Positions 48,487 to 57,351 of a stretch of 64,000 nucleotides of DNA are shown here, piece by piece. The notes under the pieces are model-generated. The model did no database searches. It had not been told where the DNA came from and saw only the letters and a program-made list of their open reading frames with translations. The DNA is from a bacterium (GTDB taxonomy: Bacteria; Orphanbacterota; Orphanbacteria; JBJXGV01). The DNA lies in assembly GCA_046160485.1 (NCBI GenBank), contig JBJXGV010000063.1, positions 19,326-83,325 of the forward strand. The letters run 5' to 3'. Both the position numbers and the translations under genes were made by a program. Position 1 is the first letter of the stretch. Each line of letters starts with the position of its first letter.

Positions 48487-50514
48487 GTGAGTGATTTCGG
48501 GAACGCAGCGATCATTCTCGTTTTCGCGGTTTCGATCTATTCGATCATCGCGTCGGTCGCGGGCGCGTGGACACGCCGCGAGGGTCTTGTTCGCAGCGCC
48601 GAAAACGGCGTCCTCTGCATCTTCGGCCTCGTCGTGCTTGCGACCGGCGCGCTCATCGCTCTCTTCCTGACCGACGACTTCGGAATCGAGTACGTCGCCG
48701 GCCACTCCAACCGCGCGCTTCCGGTCTTCTACAAAATCGCCGCCTTGTGGTCCGGGCAGGAGGGCTCGCTTCTCTTCTGGAGCCTGATCCTCTGTTTCTA
48801 CGCGGCGATCGTCGTCGTGCAGAACCGCCGCGAGAACCGCGATCTGATGCCGTACGTCCTGCCGTGCCTTCTCGGCACGATCCTCTTCTTCAACATCCTG
48901 AACGTCTTCGTCGCGAACCCGTTCGCGGCGATCGGGCTCGCCGACGCGGGAGGACACGTTCAGCTCATGACGCCGCCCGACGGCAACGGCCTCAACCCGC
49001 TCTTGCAGCACCCGGCGATGGTGATTCATCCGCCGATTCTCTACCTCGGCTACGTCGGGTTCGCGATCCCCGCGGCGTTCGCGATGGCGGCGCTCTGGAA
49101 GAAGCAACGCGGTAGCCGGTGGATTCAGACGACGCGCCGCTGGACCCTCGTCGCGTGGTTGTTTCAAGGCACCGGGCTTCTCCTCGGCGGACGCTGGGCG
49201 TACGCGGAACTCGGCTGGGGCGGTTATTGGGCGTGGGATCCGGTCGAGAACGCGTCGCTTATGCCGTGGATCACGGCGACAGCGTTCCTTCACTCCGTCA
49301 TCGTCCAAGAGCGCAAGGGAATGCTCAAGGTTTGGAACATGGTGCTCGTCATGCTGACCTACGGGCTCTGCATCTTCGGCACCTTCCTGACGCGCTCCGG
49401 GATCGTTTCTTCGGTGCACGCGTTCGCGCAGTCGACGATCGGGCCGTGGTTCGTCGGCTTCCTCGCGCTCTTCGCGCTGACGACGGGCGGGCTCATCGTC
49501 ATGCGCCTCGAGTACCTCAAGAGCGAGCGCGAACTCGACTCGGTGCTTTCGCGCGAATCGTCGTTCCTCTTCAACAACCTGATCCTGCTCGCCGCGGCGT
49601 TCGCCGTGTTGTGGGGCACGATCTTTCCCGTCATCTCCGAAGCGGTGCGCGGCGTGCAGATCACCGTCGGCGCGCCCTACTTCAACAAGATCAACATTCC
49701 GATCGGCTTGTTCCTGCTCTTCCTCACGGGCGTCGGGCCGCTCTTCGCGTGGCGCAAGACCTCCGTCGCCAGCCTCAAGAAGAACTTCACGATTCCGATC
49801 GCGACCGGACTGGTCACGCTCGCGATCGCGCTCTTGTTCGGCGCGCGCCATTTCTACGGACTCGTATCGCTCTCGATCTGCGGCTTCGTTCTCGCGACGA
49901 TCGTCTCCGAGTTCGCGCGCGGCGTGTCGACGCGAATGGAGACGACGCGCGAAAACCCCCTCGTCGCGCTCGTGAACCTCGTCCGCCGCCACAAGCGGCG
50001 TTACGGCGGCTACATCGTTCACTTGGCGATCGTGATGATCTTCGTCGGCTTCACGGGGCAAGCGTTCGACTTCGAAACGCGCGGCGAGATGCTCCCGGGC
50101 GACCGGATGTCCGTGCGCGGCTACGAACTCGTGCTCGACGATCTGAAGGAAGGCGAAAACGACAACTACACGTTCGGCCTCGCGACGATGACGCTCCTTA
50201 AGGACGGCAAGAAACTCGAAACGCTGCTGCCGGAGAAGCGGTTCTACAAGACGTCGCAGCAGCCCACTTCGGAAGTGTCGATTCACTCGACGTCCCTCGA
50301 GGATCTCTACGTGGTGTACCTCGGAACATCGGATAACGGTCGCGCGCTGATCCAGGTTTATCTCAATCCGCTCGTTTCGTGGGTGTGGACCGGGGCTGTC
50401 GTGATGTTCCTCGGCACGATTCTCACGATCCTCCCCGAGCGGCGAACGACGCGCGCGGATGCGGCCGGCGTACCGGCCTCGCTTGGACTCGAGCGCTACG
50501 GAGTGGAGACATAA
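48487..50514 (+). CDS. ccmF: cytochrome c-type biogenesis protein CcmF (heme lyase)
   Basis: 675 aa polytopic. WAYAELGWGGYWAWDPVEN WWD-type motif. Confidence 0.9.
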   Translation: MSDFGNAAIILVFAVSIYSIIASVAGAWTRREGLVRSAENGVLCIFGLVVLATGALIALFLTDDFGIEYVAGHSNRALPVFYKIAALWSGQEGSLLFWSLILCFYAAIVVVQNRRENRDLMPYVLPCLLGTILFFNILNVFVANPFAAIGLADAGGHVQLMTPPDGNGLNPLLQHPAMVIHPPILYLGYVGFAIPAAFAMAALWKKQRGSRWIQTTRRWTLVAWLFQGTGLLLGGRWAYAELGWGGYWAWDPVENASLMPWITATAFLHSVIVQERKGMLKVWNMVLVMLTYGLCIFGTFLTRSGIVSSVHAFAQSTIGPWFVGFLALFALTTGGLIVMRLEYLKSERELDSVLSRESSFLFNNLILLAAAFAVLWGTIFPVISEAVRGVQITVGAPYFNKINIPIGLFLLFLTGVGPLFAWRKTSVASLKKNFTIPIATGLVTLAIALLFGARHFYGLVSLSICGFVLATIVSEFARGVSTRMETTRENPLVALVNLVRRHKRRYGGYIVHLAIVMIFVGFTGQAFDFETRGEMLPGDRMSVRGYELVLDDLKEGENDNYTFGLATMTLLKDGKKLETLLPEKRFYKTSQQPTSEVSIHSTSLEDLYVVYLGTSDNGRALIQVYLNPLVSWVWTGAVVMFLGTILTILPERRTTRADAAGVPASLGLERYGVET

Positions 50515-50522
50515 CCCACGCA

Positions 50523-51062
50523 ATGTTGGCCGGCCTTTTTTCATCCCGACGCCGCGCGTTGGTTGCGGCGATGTGCGTCGCGGCGATCGCGCTTTTCGTG
50601 GCGGCGCGCGCGGAGGCGCAATCCGCCCAGACGAGCCTGACGGATCGCGGGCAGGTCTATCTTTTCCGCGAAGTTTCCGAGGCTCTCGTCTGCCAGTGCG
50701 GCTGCAACATGATTCTCTATGTCTGCAATCACGTGAATTGCCCCTCTGCGTATCCGTTCCGCGACTCGATCGAAGTGATGATCCAGGCCGGAAAAACGAA
50801 AGAGCAAATCGTGGCGAAGTTCGTCGCGGACCACGGCGAGGTTGTTCTCTCGGCGCCGACGACGGACGGCTTCAACCTTGCCGCATGGGTGACACCGTTC
50901 GTCATGCTGGTTCTCGGCGGCGCGTACCTCGGGTCGTTCCTGCGAGCGCGCAAGCGCCGCGCCGCGCTCCAAGCCGCTGCCGTTGCCGCATCGGCGCCCG
51001 GCGGCCGCAGGGATTCCTACACCGAGCGCGTCGACGAAGAACTCGACAGGTTCCGAGGCTGA
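50523..51062 (+). CDS. ccmH: cytochrome c-type biogenesis protein CcmH/CycL-like with variant Cys motif
   Basis: Signal peptide. MIQAGKTKEQIVAKFVADHGEVV resembles E. coli CcmH LMQEGKSKKEIVDYMVARYGNFV. The Cys motif is CQCGC...C..C instead of LRCxxC. C-terminal TM. Confidence 0.7.
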   Translation: MLAGLFSSRRRALVAAMCVAAIALFVAARAEAQSAQTSLTDRGQVYLFREVSEALVCQCGCNMILYVCNHVNCPSAYPFRDSIEVMIQAGKTKEQIVAKFVADHGEVVLSAPTTDGFNLAAWVTPFVMLVLGGAYLGSFLRARKRRAALQAAAVAASAPGGRRDSYTERVDEELDRFRG

Positions 51063-51064
51063 CG

Positions 51065-51661
51065 ATGACCACCTCTACGATTCTGCTGGTTCTCATGTCG
51101 CTCGGCGTCGTGGCGGCGCTACTGCACCCGCTGCTCGCGTCGCGCTCGCGCAACCGTCGCGTGTCGCGCGGCCCCTCCGAGATCGACGCGCTCCTCCGCC
51201 GAAAGGCCAATCTCTACGCGAACATGAAGGACCTCGAATTCGAGTTTCAGATGGGCAAGCTCTCGCCCGCGGACTACGAACGGCTGCGTGACGACGATCG
51301 CGCCGAGGCCGCGCGCTTGCTCCACGAGATCGAAGCGCTCGAAGATCGCGACGATGTCGACGCGATCATCGAACGCGAGATCGCGGCGCGGCGCGCAAGC
51401 CGCGAACGCGGCGGCGCGCAAGGCGAGGCGCCCGAGCCGAGCACGCGCCGCGCGAGCGACGCGCCCAGCGCGATCGAGAGTGCGGCGGCGGCGATGGCCT
51501 CGACTGCGACCTCGACCTCGACCTCGACCTCGACTGCGACGGCGGCCGCCGCCGCGCCGCGCCCGGTCGCGTTCTGTTCGGCATGCGGAGCGCGCGTCCG
51601 TCCGGCCGATCGATTCTGCTCGGCATGCGGCAGCGCGATCCGCTCGGGTGACGACGCGTGA
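51065..51661 (+). CDS. membrane-anchored protein with coiled-coil, Ser/Thr/Ala low-complexity linker and C-terminal zinc ribbon
   Basis: N-terminal TM. FCSACGARVRPADRFCSACG. Confidence 0.5.
   Translation: MTTSTILLVLMSLGVVAALLHPLLASRSRNRRVSRGPSEIDALLRRKANLYANMKDLEFEFQMGKLSPADYERLRDDDRAEAARLLHEIEALEDRDDVDAIIEREIAARRASRERGGAQGEAPEPSTRRASDAPSAIESAAAAMASTATSTSTSTSTATAAAAAPRPVAFCSACGARVRPADRFCSACGSAIRSGDDA
51505..51530 (+). repeat. hexanucleotide tandem repeat (GACCTC)x4 inside coding sequence
   Basis: Seen directly: cgacctcgacctcgacctcgacctcgac, encoding STSTSTST. Confidence 0.6.
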
Positions 51662-52962
51662 TCGCGATCGCTCGCCGTATCGTTCTCGCGCTGATCATCG
51701 CAGCGATCGCGGCGGCCCTCGCGCCGGCCGGCGCGCGCGCGATCGAAGCCCGCATCGACGGCACGCTCGAGAACGCGACGAGCGGCGGCCCCGCCCACGC
51801 CGACTACGTCCGGCTCCTGCGGCTCAAGACAGGAATGGAGCAGATCGCCGTCATCGAGGACGTCACCGGCTCCTTCCAATTCTCGGGTATCACCGGCGAG
51901 ATCAACGATCCCTACTTGGTGCAGGTCTCGAGCGGTAGCGTCAACTACAACGAAAGCGTCACACTCGACGCGACGGGCATCGCCTCGCTCAACATCGCCG
52001 TGTACGACACGACGAGTTCTCTCGCGGATGTGCGCGTCGTGAAGTACCAGATTGGGCTTGCCGTCGAATCGCAGCTGCTTCGTGTCTTCAAGGTCGCGGA
52101 GATCATGGTCGAAGGAGATCCGCCTCGCGCCGTCGTGATCGAGCCGGGAGCGTTTCGTTTTCCGGTGCAGTCCGCGCTCGTGAAGATGGGAACGGCGACG
52201 GCGCAGTACGCAACGATGCCGCTCTCCGTCGATCCGGTGCGGGTCGGCGACGGGAGCGAGTACGCGATCAGCTATCCGCTGCGTCCCGGCAAGACGGAGC
52301 TTCAGATTCAATACGACCTCGAATACGACGAGGCCGGCACCGTATTCTCGGAGGCGATCGCATACGCGGTCGATGAGATCAACGCGCTCGTCGTTCCCGA
52401 GAGCATCGCGGTCGTCTCTGACGTCCTTTCCGATCGCGGCCTCGATCCGCAGAACGGGATACATCTCTTCTCGGGGCTCGATATCCCCGCGGGCACGGCG
52501 ATCACGCTGCGACTTTCGGGGAAGGGAGCGTCGGCGTCGCCCCACCCGGAGATGGACGAGGGCGCGGGCGAGGGCGCGGGCGCGGAGGGCGGCATGGGCG
52601 GCGAGCGTAGCCGCGGCCGCTCTGGCGGCGGTGGAGATCGAGTCGTTCACGTTCCGAATCGCATGAATTCGATTCGCACTCCCGTGATTGCGGGAGTACT
52701 CGGCACGCTGCTTCTCGGCGCGGCGTACGCGCTGACGCGACCCGCGACGGCCGGCGGCGAGGCGGGAAGCGGTCAGCGCACGAGCGATCCCGTGTTTCTC
52801 GCGCGCCGCGAGCAGATCCTCGACCGAATCGTCGCGCTCGACGCGAAGCACCGCGCCGGCGAGATCTCCGAGTACGCGTATTGGCAGAAGCGTGAAGCGC
52901 TCAAGGACCTCCTCGTCGAGATCATCGAAGAGGCGGCGCGGAGCAAGCGGGTGAAGATGTGA
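51658..52962 (+). CDS. hypothetical exported protein with C-terminal TM anchor
   Basis: GTGA overlap. Signal peptide. C-terminal TM followed by a charged tail. Gly-rich region. Confidence 0.5.
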   Translation: MIAIARRIVLALIIAAIAAALAPAGARAIEARIDGTLENATSGGPAHADYVRLLRLKTGMEQIAVIEDVTGSFQFSGITGEINDPYLVQVSSGSVNYNESVTLDATGIASLNIAVYDTTSSLADVRVVKYQIGLAVESQLLRVFKVAEIMVEGDPPRAVVIEPGAFRFPVQSALVKMGTATAQYATMPLSVDPVRVGDGSEYAISYPLRPGKTELQIQYDLEYDEAGTVFSEAIAYAVDEINALVVPESIAVVSDVLSDRGLDPQNGIHLFSGLDIPAGTAITLRLSGKGASASPHPEMDEGAGEGAGAEGGMGGERSRGRSGGGGDRVVHVPNRMNSIRTPVIAGVLGTLLLGAAYALTRPATAGGEAGSGQRTSDPVFLARREQILDRIVALDAKHRAGEISEYAYWQKREALKDLLVEIIEEAARSKRVKM

Positions 52963-53027
52963 CGAACGCGGCCGCGGCGGCTCTCGACTCCGCGGCGAGC
53001 GCGCGCCGCACGGCGAGCGCGTACGTC

Positions 53028-53762
53028 ATGTCGTGGCGCGGCGTGCGCAAGGAGTTCGGCCGCCATGTCGCGTTGCGCGGCGTCGACCTGAACGTGGCTC
53101 GCGGCGAAATTCTCGCGCTGGTCGGCCCCAACGGTGCGGGGAAGACGACGCTTCTTCGAATCGGCGCCGCGCTCGGACGCGCGTCGAGCGGCGATGTCGA
53201 GGTTGGCGGCGAGGCGCTCGACACGCGCGCCCGCGCGCGTATCGGCTATCTCGGCCACGCCACACTTCTCTATTCCAATCTCACGTCGCTCGAAAACCTC
53301 CTCTTCTACGCGCGCGTGTACGGCGTCGCGCGGCCGCGCGAGCGCGCACTCGAGCTGCTCGAGCGCGCGGGCGTCGCGCGGCGCGCGAACGACTCGATCG
53401 CGCGGCTCTCGCGCGGCACGCAGCAGCGCGTCGCCATCTGCCGCGCGTTTCTCCACGATCCCGAGATTCTGCTGCTCGATGAGCCGTTCACGGGGCTCGA
53501 TCCGCACGGGACGGCGCTCTTGAAGGATTGGCTCCGCGAGCGGGTTGCCGGCGGCGGCGCGGCGGTGATGACGACGCACGACCTCGGCGCGGCGCTCGAC
53601 GTCGCCACGCGCTTCGCCGTGCTCGCGGGCGGGCGCGTCGTGGGCGAACGCGCCGCGGCCGGCATGACGCTCGCCGATCTCGGCGCGTACTACGACGGCG
53701 CGGTCGCCGCCGCCGCGACGGGCGCGCCGGTCGCGCCGCCACGCGCGGAACGCTCCGCGTGA
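53028..53762 (+). CDS. ccmA: heme exporter ATP-binding protein CcmA
   Basis: GPNGAGKTTLLR Walker A, LSRGTQQRVAICRA signature, LLLDEP Walker B. Alternative GTG start at 52959. Confidence 0.8.
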   Translation: MSWRGVRKEFGRHVALRGVDLNVARGEILALVGPNGAGKTTLLRIGAALGRASSGDVEVGGEALDTRARARIGYLGHATLLYSNLTSLENLLFYARVYGVARPRERALELLERAGVARRANDSIARLSRGTQQRVAICRAFLHDPEILLLDEPFTGLDPHGTALLKDWLRERVAGGGAAVMTTHDLGAALDVATRFAVLAGGRVVGERAAAGMTLADLGAYYDGAVAAAATGAPVAPPRAERSA

Positions 53763-54427
53763 ACGCCGTCCGCGCACTCCTCTGGCGTGAGATCCGCGGC
53801 GAGCTTCACGGCCGCGAGATCGTGCCGATGGTGGCCGTCTTCGGCTTGCTCGTGCTCGTCGTCATGAGTTTCACCTTCGAGCCGTCGAGCGAGGAGGCGA
53901 AACTGCTTGCGCCGGGCGTGTTATGGGTGGCGCTCACGTTCAGCGGCATTCTCGGCGTGTCGCGTTCCGCAAGCCGCGACGAAGAGAACGGCGCTCTCGA
54001 CGGACTCCTCGCGTCGCCCGTCGATCGCGGCACGCTCTTCATCGGAAAACTCCTCGCGAATCTCATCTTCATGTTGCTCGCCGACGCCGTGCTCATTCCC
54101 GCGTTTCTCGTTCTCTACGACATGGCGACGTTCGAACAGCTCGCGGGCATCCTTCCCGTCGTCGTCCTCGGCACCATCGGCTTCGTCACGATCGGCACGA
54201 TCTTCGCGGCCGTCGCGGTGAACACGCGCATGCGCGAACTCTTGCTCCCCGTCGTGCTGATCCCGGTCGCGATTCCACTCATACTTGCGTCGGTCGAGGC
54301 GACCGGCATCATTCTGCGCGACGAAGGATCGCGCTACCTCTGGTCGTGGCTGCGAATTCTCATCGTCGCCGACTTCATTTTTCTCGTGCTCTCGTATCTT
54401 CTCTTCGAGTATGTGTTGGAGGACTAG
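53759..54427 (+). CDS. ccmB: heme exporter protein CcmB
   Basis: GTGA overlap. 6-TM ABC-2 type permease directly after ccmA. Confidence 0.8.
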   Translation: MNAVRALLWREIRGELHGREIVPMVAVFGLLVLVVMSFTFEPSSEEAKLLAPGVLWVALTFSGILGVSRSASRDEENGALDGLLASPVDRGTLFIGKLLANLIFMLLADAVLIPAFLVLYDMATFEQLAGILPVVVLGTIGFVTIGTIFAAVAVNTRMRELLLPVVLIPVAIPLILASVEATGIILRDEGSRYLWSWLRILIVADFIFLVLSYLLFEYVLED

Positions 54428-54430
54428 CTC

Positions 54431-55192
54431 ATGAACACGCGCCGCCTGCCATCGCTCATTCTCATTGCCGCGACCGGCGTCGTGATCGCGGTCGCGCTCT
54501 ACGCGGCGTTTCTCTACGCGCCAACGGAGCGCACGATGGGGACGATCCAGCGCATCTTCTACTTCCACGTTCCCGCCGGGATGGTGGGGATCTGGGCGTT
54601 CCTGCTCGTCTTCGTCGGCTCGATCGCGTTTCTTCTGACGCGAAATCTACGATGGGACCGATTCTCGGAGGCGTGCGCCGAGGCTGGGCTTCTCTACACC
54701 ACGATCGTTCTGATCACGGGCCCGATCTGGGCGAAGCCCGTGTGGGGGATCTGGTGGACCTGGGACGCGCGGCTCACGTCGACGCTCGTTCTCTGGTTCA
54801 TCTACTGGGCGTACTTGCTGATTCGCGCGTACGTGGCGCGCCCCGCGCGGCGGGCGCTTCTCTCCGCCGTCGTCGGCGTCCTCGGCGCCGTCGACGCGCC
54901 GATTGTCTACTTCTCGATTCGCTGGTGGCGCACGCAGCATCCCTCGCCGGTGATCGGTGGCGGCAGCGGCTCGGGGCTCGAGCCGCGCATGATGCAGGCA
55001 TTCCTGGTCGCGATCCTCGGCTACATCCTGCTCTTCGCCCTGTTCGTCACGTTGCGCATGCGTCTGGCGCGAATCGAGACCGCGATCGAAGAGGTCTCGC
55101 GCGCGGTCGAGGATGTCGCCGGCGATCCGCGCGCCGCATCGACTATCGCGGCCCCGCCAGCGGTGCCATTGCCGGAAAGGAGTTCGTCGTGA
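54431..55192 (+). CDS. ccmC: heme exporter protein CcmC
   Basis: WGIWWTWDARLTS tryptophan-rich WWD motif. Confidence 0.85.
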   Translation: MNTRRLPSLILIAATGVVIAVALYAAFLYAPTERTMGTIQRIFYFHVPAGMVGIWAFLLVFVGSIAFLLTRNLRWDRFSEACAEAGLLYTTIVLITGPIWAKPVWGIWWTWDARLTSTLVLWFIYWAYLLIRAYVARPARRALLSAVVGVLGAVDAPIVYFSIRWWRTQHPSPVIGGGSGSGLEPRMMQAFLVAILGYILLFALFVTLRMRLARIETAIEEVSRAVEDVAGDPRAASTIAAPPAVPLPERSSS

Positions 55193-55347
55193 AAGGGCTT
55201 GGAAGTGTCTTCGTCGCGTACCTGGTCATCTGGGTGCTCATGATCATCTATCTGTTCCGTCTCGACGCGAAGACCAAGGCGCTCGCGCGCGAATTGGAAG
55301 ACCTCAAACGCGATCTCGCCGAGGCGCGCGGCCGGGGCGAGCGCTAG
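55189..55347 (+). CDS. ccmD: heme exporter protein CcmD-like small membrane protein
   Basis: GTGA overlap with ccmC. 52 aa, single TM, charged tail. Call rests on position and size. Confidence 0.5.
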   Translation: MKGLGSVFVAYLVIWVLMIIYLFRLDAKTKALARELEDLKRDLAEARGRGER

Positions 55348-55394
55348 TCGCTGATGGCGCGCGCGGCATCTCTCGCGGCGCATCGCGTACGAAT

Positions 55395-56549
55395 GTGCGC
55401 GTGACGGCGCTCTCGCGGGGTGAACCGAACGCCACGTACCGCTTCGACACGTTCGTCGTCTCGCGCACCCGCCGCGCGCTCTTCGACGACGGGCGCGAGG
55501 TGCCGCTCATCCCGCGCTATTTCGATCTTCTCCTCTTTCTGCTCGACCACCGTCACGCCGCCGTGCACAAGAATGAAATCTTCGACGCGGTGTGGCGCGA
55601 TGTGATCGTCTCCGACGGTTCGCTCAGCCAAGCGGTGCGCACGCTGCGCCGGGCGCTGCGCGACGATTCGCGCAACCCGCGTTTTATCCGTACCGTGTCG
55701 CGCCACGGATATCAGTTCGTCTATTCGGAGGTCGGGGTCGAGCAAGAAAGCGATGCCGCAATCGCGGCGGACGACGCGACGCACCCCGCCGGCGTAGCGC
55801 CGCGGAGCGGCGTCGGCCGCGACGTCGACCGCCATGTGGACATCGCACGCGGTCGCGATGCCGGGGTGCGTGCGCTGGCGGCGTCGCTCGGCGGCGCGAT
55901 CGCGGGCGCGGTCGCCGGATCGTGCGGAGGGCTCATCATCCACCTCGGGCCGGGCTCGACGGCGAACGCGAATCTCCCCGCGGCGCTCGCGCTCGTCGGC
56001 GCGGCCGTCGGGGGATTGGGCGCGCTCGGCGTCGGGGGCGGTGTGGCGGTCGCCGGGGCCATCGCGCACGCGCGACACGCGTCGCGCCTCGCAGCGTGCG
56101 CGGCGCTCGCGGCGGGCGGCGCGTTCGGCGGCGCACTCGTCGGCGTTTGCGCGCACCGGCTCGCCGTCTGGACGCTCGAAGGGATGTTCGGCCAAAGCCT
56201 CGACCGGATCGGCGGCGGCCTCGAAGGGCTCGTCATCGGCGCCGCTGCGGGGGCTGCCTACGCGCTTCCCTTAAGCCCCCGCGCGTGGCGCTGCGCCGCG
56301 ATCGGCGCGGCGTGCTCGCTTGCGTGCGTCGCGCTCGCGCTCGCTGGCGGCTCGCTCGTCGGCTCGAGCCTCAATCAGATCGCGTCGGCGTTCCAGGGCT
56401 CCCAGGTGGGGTTGGCGCCGCTGGCCGCCCTCCTCGGCGAAGGCGTCCCGGGGCCCGTGACGCGTTTGGTCGTCGGCGCAATCGAAGGCGCGTTCTTCGG
56501 AGCCGGGCTTGCGGTTGGTTTGACGCATCACGGCCGCACAACGACTTAA
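55395..56549 (+). CDS. CadC/ToxR-like transcriptional regulator: OmpR/PhoB-type winged-helix DNA-binding domain + Gly/Ala-rich hydrophobic C-terminal region
   Basis: YRFDTFVVSRTRRALFDDGREVPL...RTVSRHGYQF (trans_reg_C). About 230-aa G/A-rich multi-helix hydrophobic tail. Start is uncertain (GTG 55395 or 55401), with no clear RBS. Confidence 0.55.
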   Translation: MRVTALSRGEPNATYRFDTFVVSRTRRALFDDGREVPLIPRYFDLLLFLLDHRHAAVHKNEIFDAVWRDVIVSDGSLSQAVRTLRRALRDDSRNPRFIRTVSRHGYQFVYSEVGVEQESDAAIAADDATHPAGVAPRSGVGRDVDRHVDIARGRDAGVRALAASLGGAIAGAVAGSCGGLIIHLGPGSTANANLPAALALVGAAVGGLGALGVGGGVAVAGAIAHARHASRLAACAALAAGGAFGGALVGVCAHRLAVWTLEGMFGQSLDRIGGGLEGLVIGAAAGAAYALPLSPRAWRCAAIGAACSLACVALALAGGSLVGSSLNQIASAFQGSQVGLAPLAALLGEGVPGPVTRLVVGAIEGAFFGAGLAVGLTHHGRTTT

Positions 56550-56694
56550 GCGGTCGTTCGCGCATCGGAGCCTACGCCTCAGAATCATCTCACGCATCGC
56601 TCATCGCGCGCTCAAGACTTGCGCGCGCGCAACGCCGATCATCGCGTCGTCCACCGCCCGATCGGTGCGGGCGAAACGCGAAGAGGAGGCCGCG

Positions 56695-57351
56695 ATGAAC
56701 GGATTTCGAATGGATTGGATGCGAGGTGTCGGTGTGGCGGTGGCGATTGCGATCGCGATGACGGTGGGATGCCGCGAGGCGCAGCCGAGCGACGCCATCG
56801 GGATGGCAGCATTCGACGGGCGCACGACGGAAATGACGGCGCTCTTGGACGCGGATCGCGCGGACGGTGCGGAAATCAACGCGCTCGTGTGGGCCGCGCG
56901 CGGGGGGCAGGTCGCCGCCATCGACGCGCTGATCGCTCGCGGTGCGCCGCTCGACGCGCCCTTCGGCGTGAACGACTGGTCGCCGCTCATGCATGCCATC
57001 CACAAGAACCAGGCCGCCGCGGTGGCTGCGCTCGTCGCGGCGGGCGCCAACGTCAACTTTCGCGCGAAGCGCGGCGTCACGCCGCTGATTCTCTCCGCCG
57101 GCCAAGGCGAGGCGTCCATCACGGCGCTTCTGCTCGAGCACGGCGCGGATCCGCGCTTCCGTAACGACGCGGGCGTGACCGCGCTCACGAACGGCGTCGC
57201 CGCGGGCAACGTGGAAGTCGTGCGCGCCATCGTTGCCCGCGCGCCCGAGTTGCGGCTCGGCGCCACGATGTGGGACACGGCGGCACGCTGGCTCGTGCGC
57301 CTCCGCGGAGACGAGGAGATGTCGCGGCTTATGGCGTCGCGGTCGGAGTAG
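56695..57351 (+). CDS. ankyrin-repeat lipoprotein
   Basis: GAGGAGG RBS. Lipobox MTVGC. About 4 ankyrin repeats (TPLILSAGQGEASITALLLEHGADP). Confidence 0.7.
   Translation: MNGFRMDWMRGVGVAVAIAIAMTVGCREAQPSDAIGMAAFDGRTTEMTALLDADRADGAEINALVWAARGGQVAAIDALIARGAPLDAPFGVNDWSPLMHAIHKNQAAAVAALVAAGANVNFRAKRGVTPLILSAGQGEASITALLLEHGADPRFRNDAGVTALTNGVAAGNVEVVRAIVARAPELRLGATMWDTAARWLVRLRGDEEMSRLMASRSE

Noticed and set aside
56610-56630. GCGCGC...GCGCGCGC hairpin upstream of the ankyrin gene
   Set aside because: It is self-complementary because of alternating GC. It lacks a U-tract, and similar motifs are frequent in this GC-rich DNA.
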